Under the pieces are notes generated by a model that ran no database searches, was not told the DNA's origin, and saw only the letters and a program-made list of their open reading frames with translations. 64,000 bases of DNA. Origin: Octopus bimaculoides (Eukaryota). The translations under genes were made by a program, and so were the position numbers. The stretch is taken from contig NC_068987.1 in NCBI RefSeq assembly GCF_001194135.2, positions 49,038,637 through 49,102,636 of the forward strand, read 5' to 3'. This document shows positions 63,171 to 64,000 of this stretch, in pieces (position 1 is the first letter of the stretch; every line of letters starts with the position of its first letter).

Positions 63171-63641
63171 GATATACATACGAAAGACCCTGGAAAGTCT
63201 AGCTCCCAACTTTGAAATTGAAAGCTATGCCAACACACTGAACTGGACATCACTGCATGGTACCAAAGATGCGGTCTTCTCCAACTAGAATAAGGACTCA
63301 TTACTGTAACAGCTAGTATTTCAATGGTCCACAACTGTTCAACATTCTGCCAAACAACTTCAGAAATTTGCAAGGTGTAGATGTGGAAGTCTTCAAAGAT
63401 GGTCCAGACAAATTTTTATCTAAGATACCAGAGGACCCACATCACAGCAGGAGGCACAAAGAAGAGCAGCTCTGTCCAACTCGCTGCTTCCAAAACAATA
63501 CAGAAAAGAAACCCAAACACACTGAAAGGTGGTGCTCCAGAATGGCCCCAGTCTCTGGTTAAACCAGTAAAAGATTATATATATATATATACACGCACAC
63601 ACACACACACACACATATATATATGTATATATATCTATATA

Positions 63642-64000
63642 TCTATATATATAAAAATGAGAATGTGTGTCTGTCTGTCTGTGTGTGTGTGTGTGTGTGA
63701 ATCCCTAAAACTCGAGAACTACGCAACCAATTTCATTCAAATTTTACAGATGCCTTACTTAGGGTTCCAGTTTTGTTTTAGTCAAAAAATTTTTTTAACT
63801 TCTTGCAGAATTCGAGCCCACGGCAACATAATATCTCCTCCACTATTTAAGTATTACGTGTCAAAAGTGAAACAAAAACACTCATGTCAAATACTTTCAC
63901 TTTAAAACTGAAACTATTCCACTAACTGAAACAATCACATTTCGATACTGTAATGACAGATACTTTCAGAGAGAGAAAGAGAGAGAGATGTATATGTATA
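63642..64000 (+). mobile_element. 5' part of a non-autonomous Helitron-like element
   Basis: A|TCTATATATATAAAAATGAG, then (GTCT)n/(GT)n and CAACCAATTTCATTCAAATTT, the layout typical of Lep1/DINE-like Helitron 5' ends. No 3' end is visible in the window. Confidence 0.65.

Larger units (their letters stand above)
61245..63530 (+). mobile_element. CR1-clade LINE remnant (RT to C-terminus), split by two nested insertions
   Basis: ICPVHKG..RADVKNYRPISLTS; GFHSGKSCLTQLL; VIYLDF/SKAFDRIDH; LSHLDYCSQLWSP; LERR...YAV|IYI; FNGPQLFNILP...DKFLSKIPEDP. Confidence 0.9.

Overview
This is AT-rich eukaryotic DNA (intergenic or intronic), dense in microsatellites and repeats, with ten N-gaps from a short-read assembly. 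The repeat families look like those of octopod cephalopods; that is my recognition, not a database result. I found no intact host protein-coding gene, rRNA, tRNA or CRISPR array. Almost all recognisable protein sequence is decayed transposon: a Ty3/Gypsy remnant, many RTE-clade LINE pieces, R4/Dong, CR1 and two Penelope-like (PLE) remnants, Tc1 (DD36E), maT (DD37D), mariner and Tigger elements, two non-autonomous Helitrons, several tRNA-derived SINE families and several foldback/MITE hairpins. The most notable observations are: (1) a C4HC3 PHD-like finger inserted inside the RT domain of four RTE copies; (2) two type I hammerhead ribozyme motifs, one at a PLE 3' end and one with no RT nearby; (3) a ~65-bp tandem array of hairpin-forming units in the RTE 3' UTR; (4) SINEs inserting repeatedly at AATATT/ATTATT sites with ~19-bp target-site duplications; (5) many near-perfect inverted repeats that could form dsRNA. 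Host exons are only weak candidates. Coordinates were read by eye, so boundaries of decayed elements are approximate.
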